DNA of 45,782 nucleotides from Candidatus Acidiferrum sp. GTDB lineage: Bacteria > Acidobacteriota > Terriglobia > Acidiferrales > UBA7541. Below the pieces are notes generated by a model. The model saw only the letters and a list, made by a program, of their open reading frames with translations. It was not told where the DNA came from and made no database searches. The DNA is taken from positions 1-45,782 of the forward strand of contig DASXBH010000314.1 in assembly GCA_036491775.1 (NCBI GenBank). The letters run 5' to 3'. Shown here in pieces: positions 45,195 to 45,782 of the stretch (within the stretch, counting starts at the first letter, position 1; each line of letters opens with the position of its first letter). The translations under genes and the position numbers were made by a program.

Positions 45195-45782
45195 TCAGAC
45201 TGGGGTTGGGGCGTTTTGCTCGATCAACTGCTGGGCTTTGAGTTCAATCCAGAATTCGGCCGGAATCCTGGTTTGCATTGACGTATAGTCCGCGAGAATC
45301 TGTTGCTCACTACTCGCGCCAACGACTAAAGCCACGGCCACGTCCGGTGCCGCGGAGAACTGGAGCGCTGCCGTGCGCAGGTCTACTCCGTGATTCGCCG
45401 CCACTTCGCGCAGTTTTTTTCGTTTCTCCAGAAATTCGGAAGGTATCTTGTAAGACTCTTTTCCATAGTTGTAGCGAGGACTCCCTGAGAGGAATCCGGC
45501 ATTCAGCGAGGAACCAACCACGAGAGATGCATTCTTTGTTCGCACGGCAGGAAAAAGCTGGTTCAGCGCATTCTTATGATCGATCAAGGAATACTGCGAT
45601 GCCATGAGGCATACATCCGGATCGGCTTCCGATAGTACTCGCAAAATCGGTTCGGGCGTATTAACGCCGATTCCCCACCCTTTGATCAACCCCTCTTCCC
45701 GCATGCGCATTAGTTCTGGAAAAGCACCCTTCACGGCAATGTCGAATTGTTCCTGCCAACTCGTCGGAAGTAACTTATTATC
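45195..45782 (-). CDS. Aldo/keto reductase (aldose 1-dehydrogenase-like), 5'-truncated by window edge
   Basis: The frame is open to the window end. Motifs MREEGLIKGWGIGVN, QYSLID, GSSLNAGFL, HGVDLRTAALQF and IPAEFW.ELK..LI...AP.P. Confidence 0.8.
   Translation of the reverse strand, partial: DNKLLPTSWQEQFDIAVKGAFPELMRMREEGLIKGWGIGVNTPEPILRVLSEADPDVCLMASQYSLIDHKNALNQLFPAVRTKNASLVVGSSLNAGFLSGSPRYNYGKESYKIPSEFLEKRKKLREVAANHGVDLRTAALQFSAAPDVAVALVVGASSEQQILADYTSMQTRIPAEFWIELKAQQLIEQNAPTPV

Overview
This is a gene-dense window with 31 CDS, two of them cut by the window edges. I saw no rRNA, tRNA, CRISPR array or mobile element. The gene content (Oar-type TonB-dependent receptors with TPR and CRTAC1/ASPIC-UnbV partners, and a quinoprotein with a dihaem cytochrome c) suggests Acidobacteriota, which is an inference. 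The whole window reads as one carbohydrate-utilisation locus. Its striking feature is that enzyme families normally found in the cytoplasm carry export signals here: three SelA/DgaE-like PLP enzymes (all twin-arginine), a Tat-type RidA, a secreted single-chain triple-RidA, a secreted COG3964-type amidohydrolase and a secreted RraA/HMG-aldolase-family protein. They sit with a secreted PQQ-type dehydrogenase, cytochrome c, lactonase, GH9, a sugar-acid MFS permease, NagB, and GntR-UTRA and IclR regulators. My best hypothesis is a periplasmic, non-phosphorylative oxidative pathway for (N-acetyl)hexosamines: oxidise, open the lactone, deacetylate, deaminate, then cleave or import a 2-keto-3-deoxy acid. 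A candidate IclR/KdgR-like operator, ATGAAA-N5-TTTCAT, links distant operons. All product calls come from motif recognition by eye; no searches were run.
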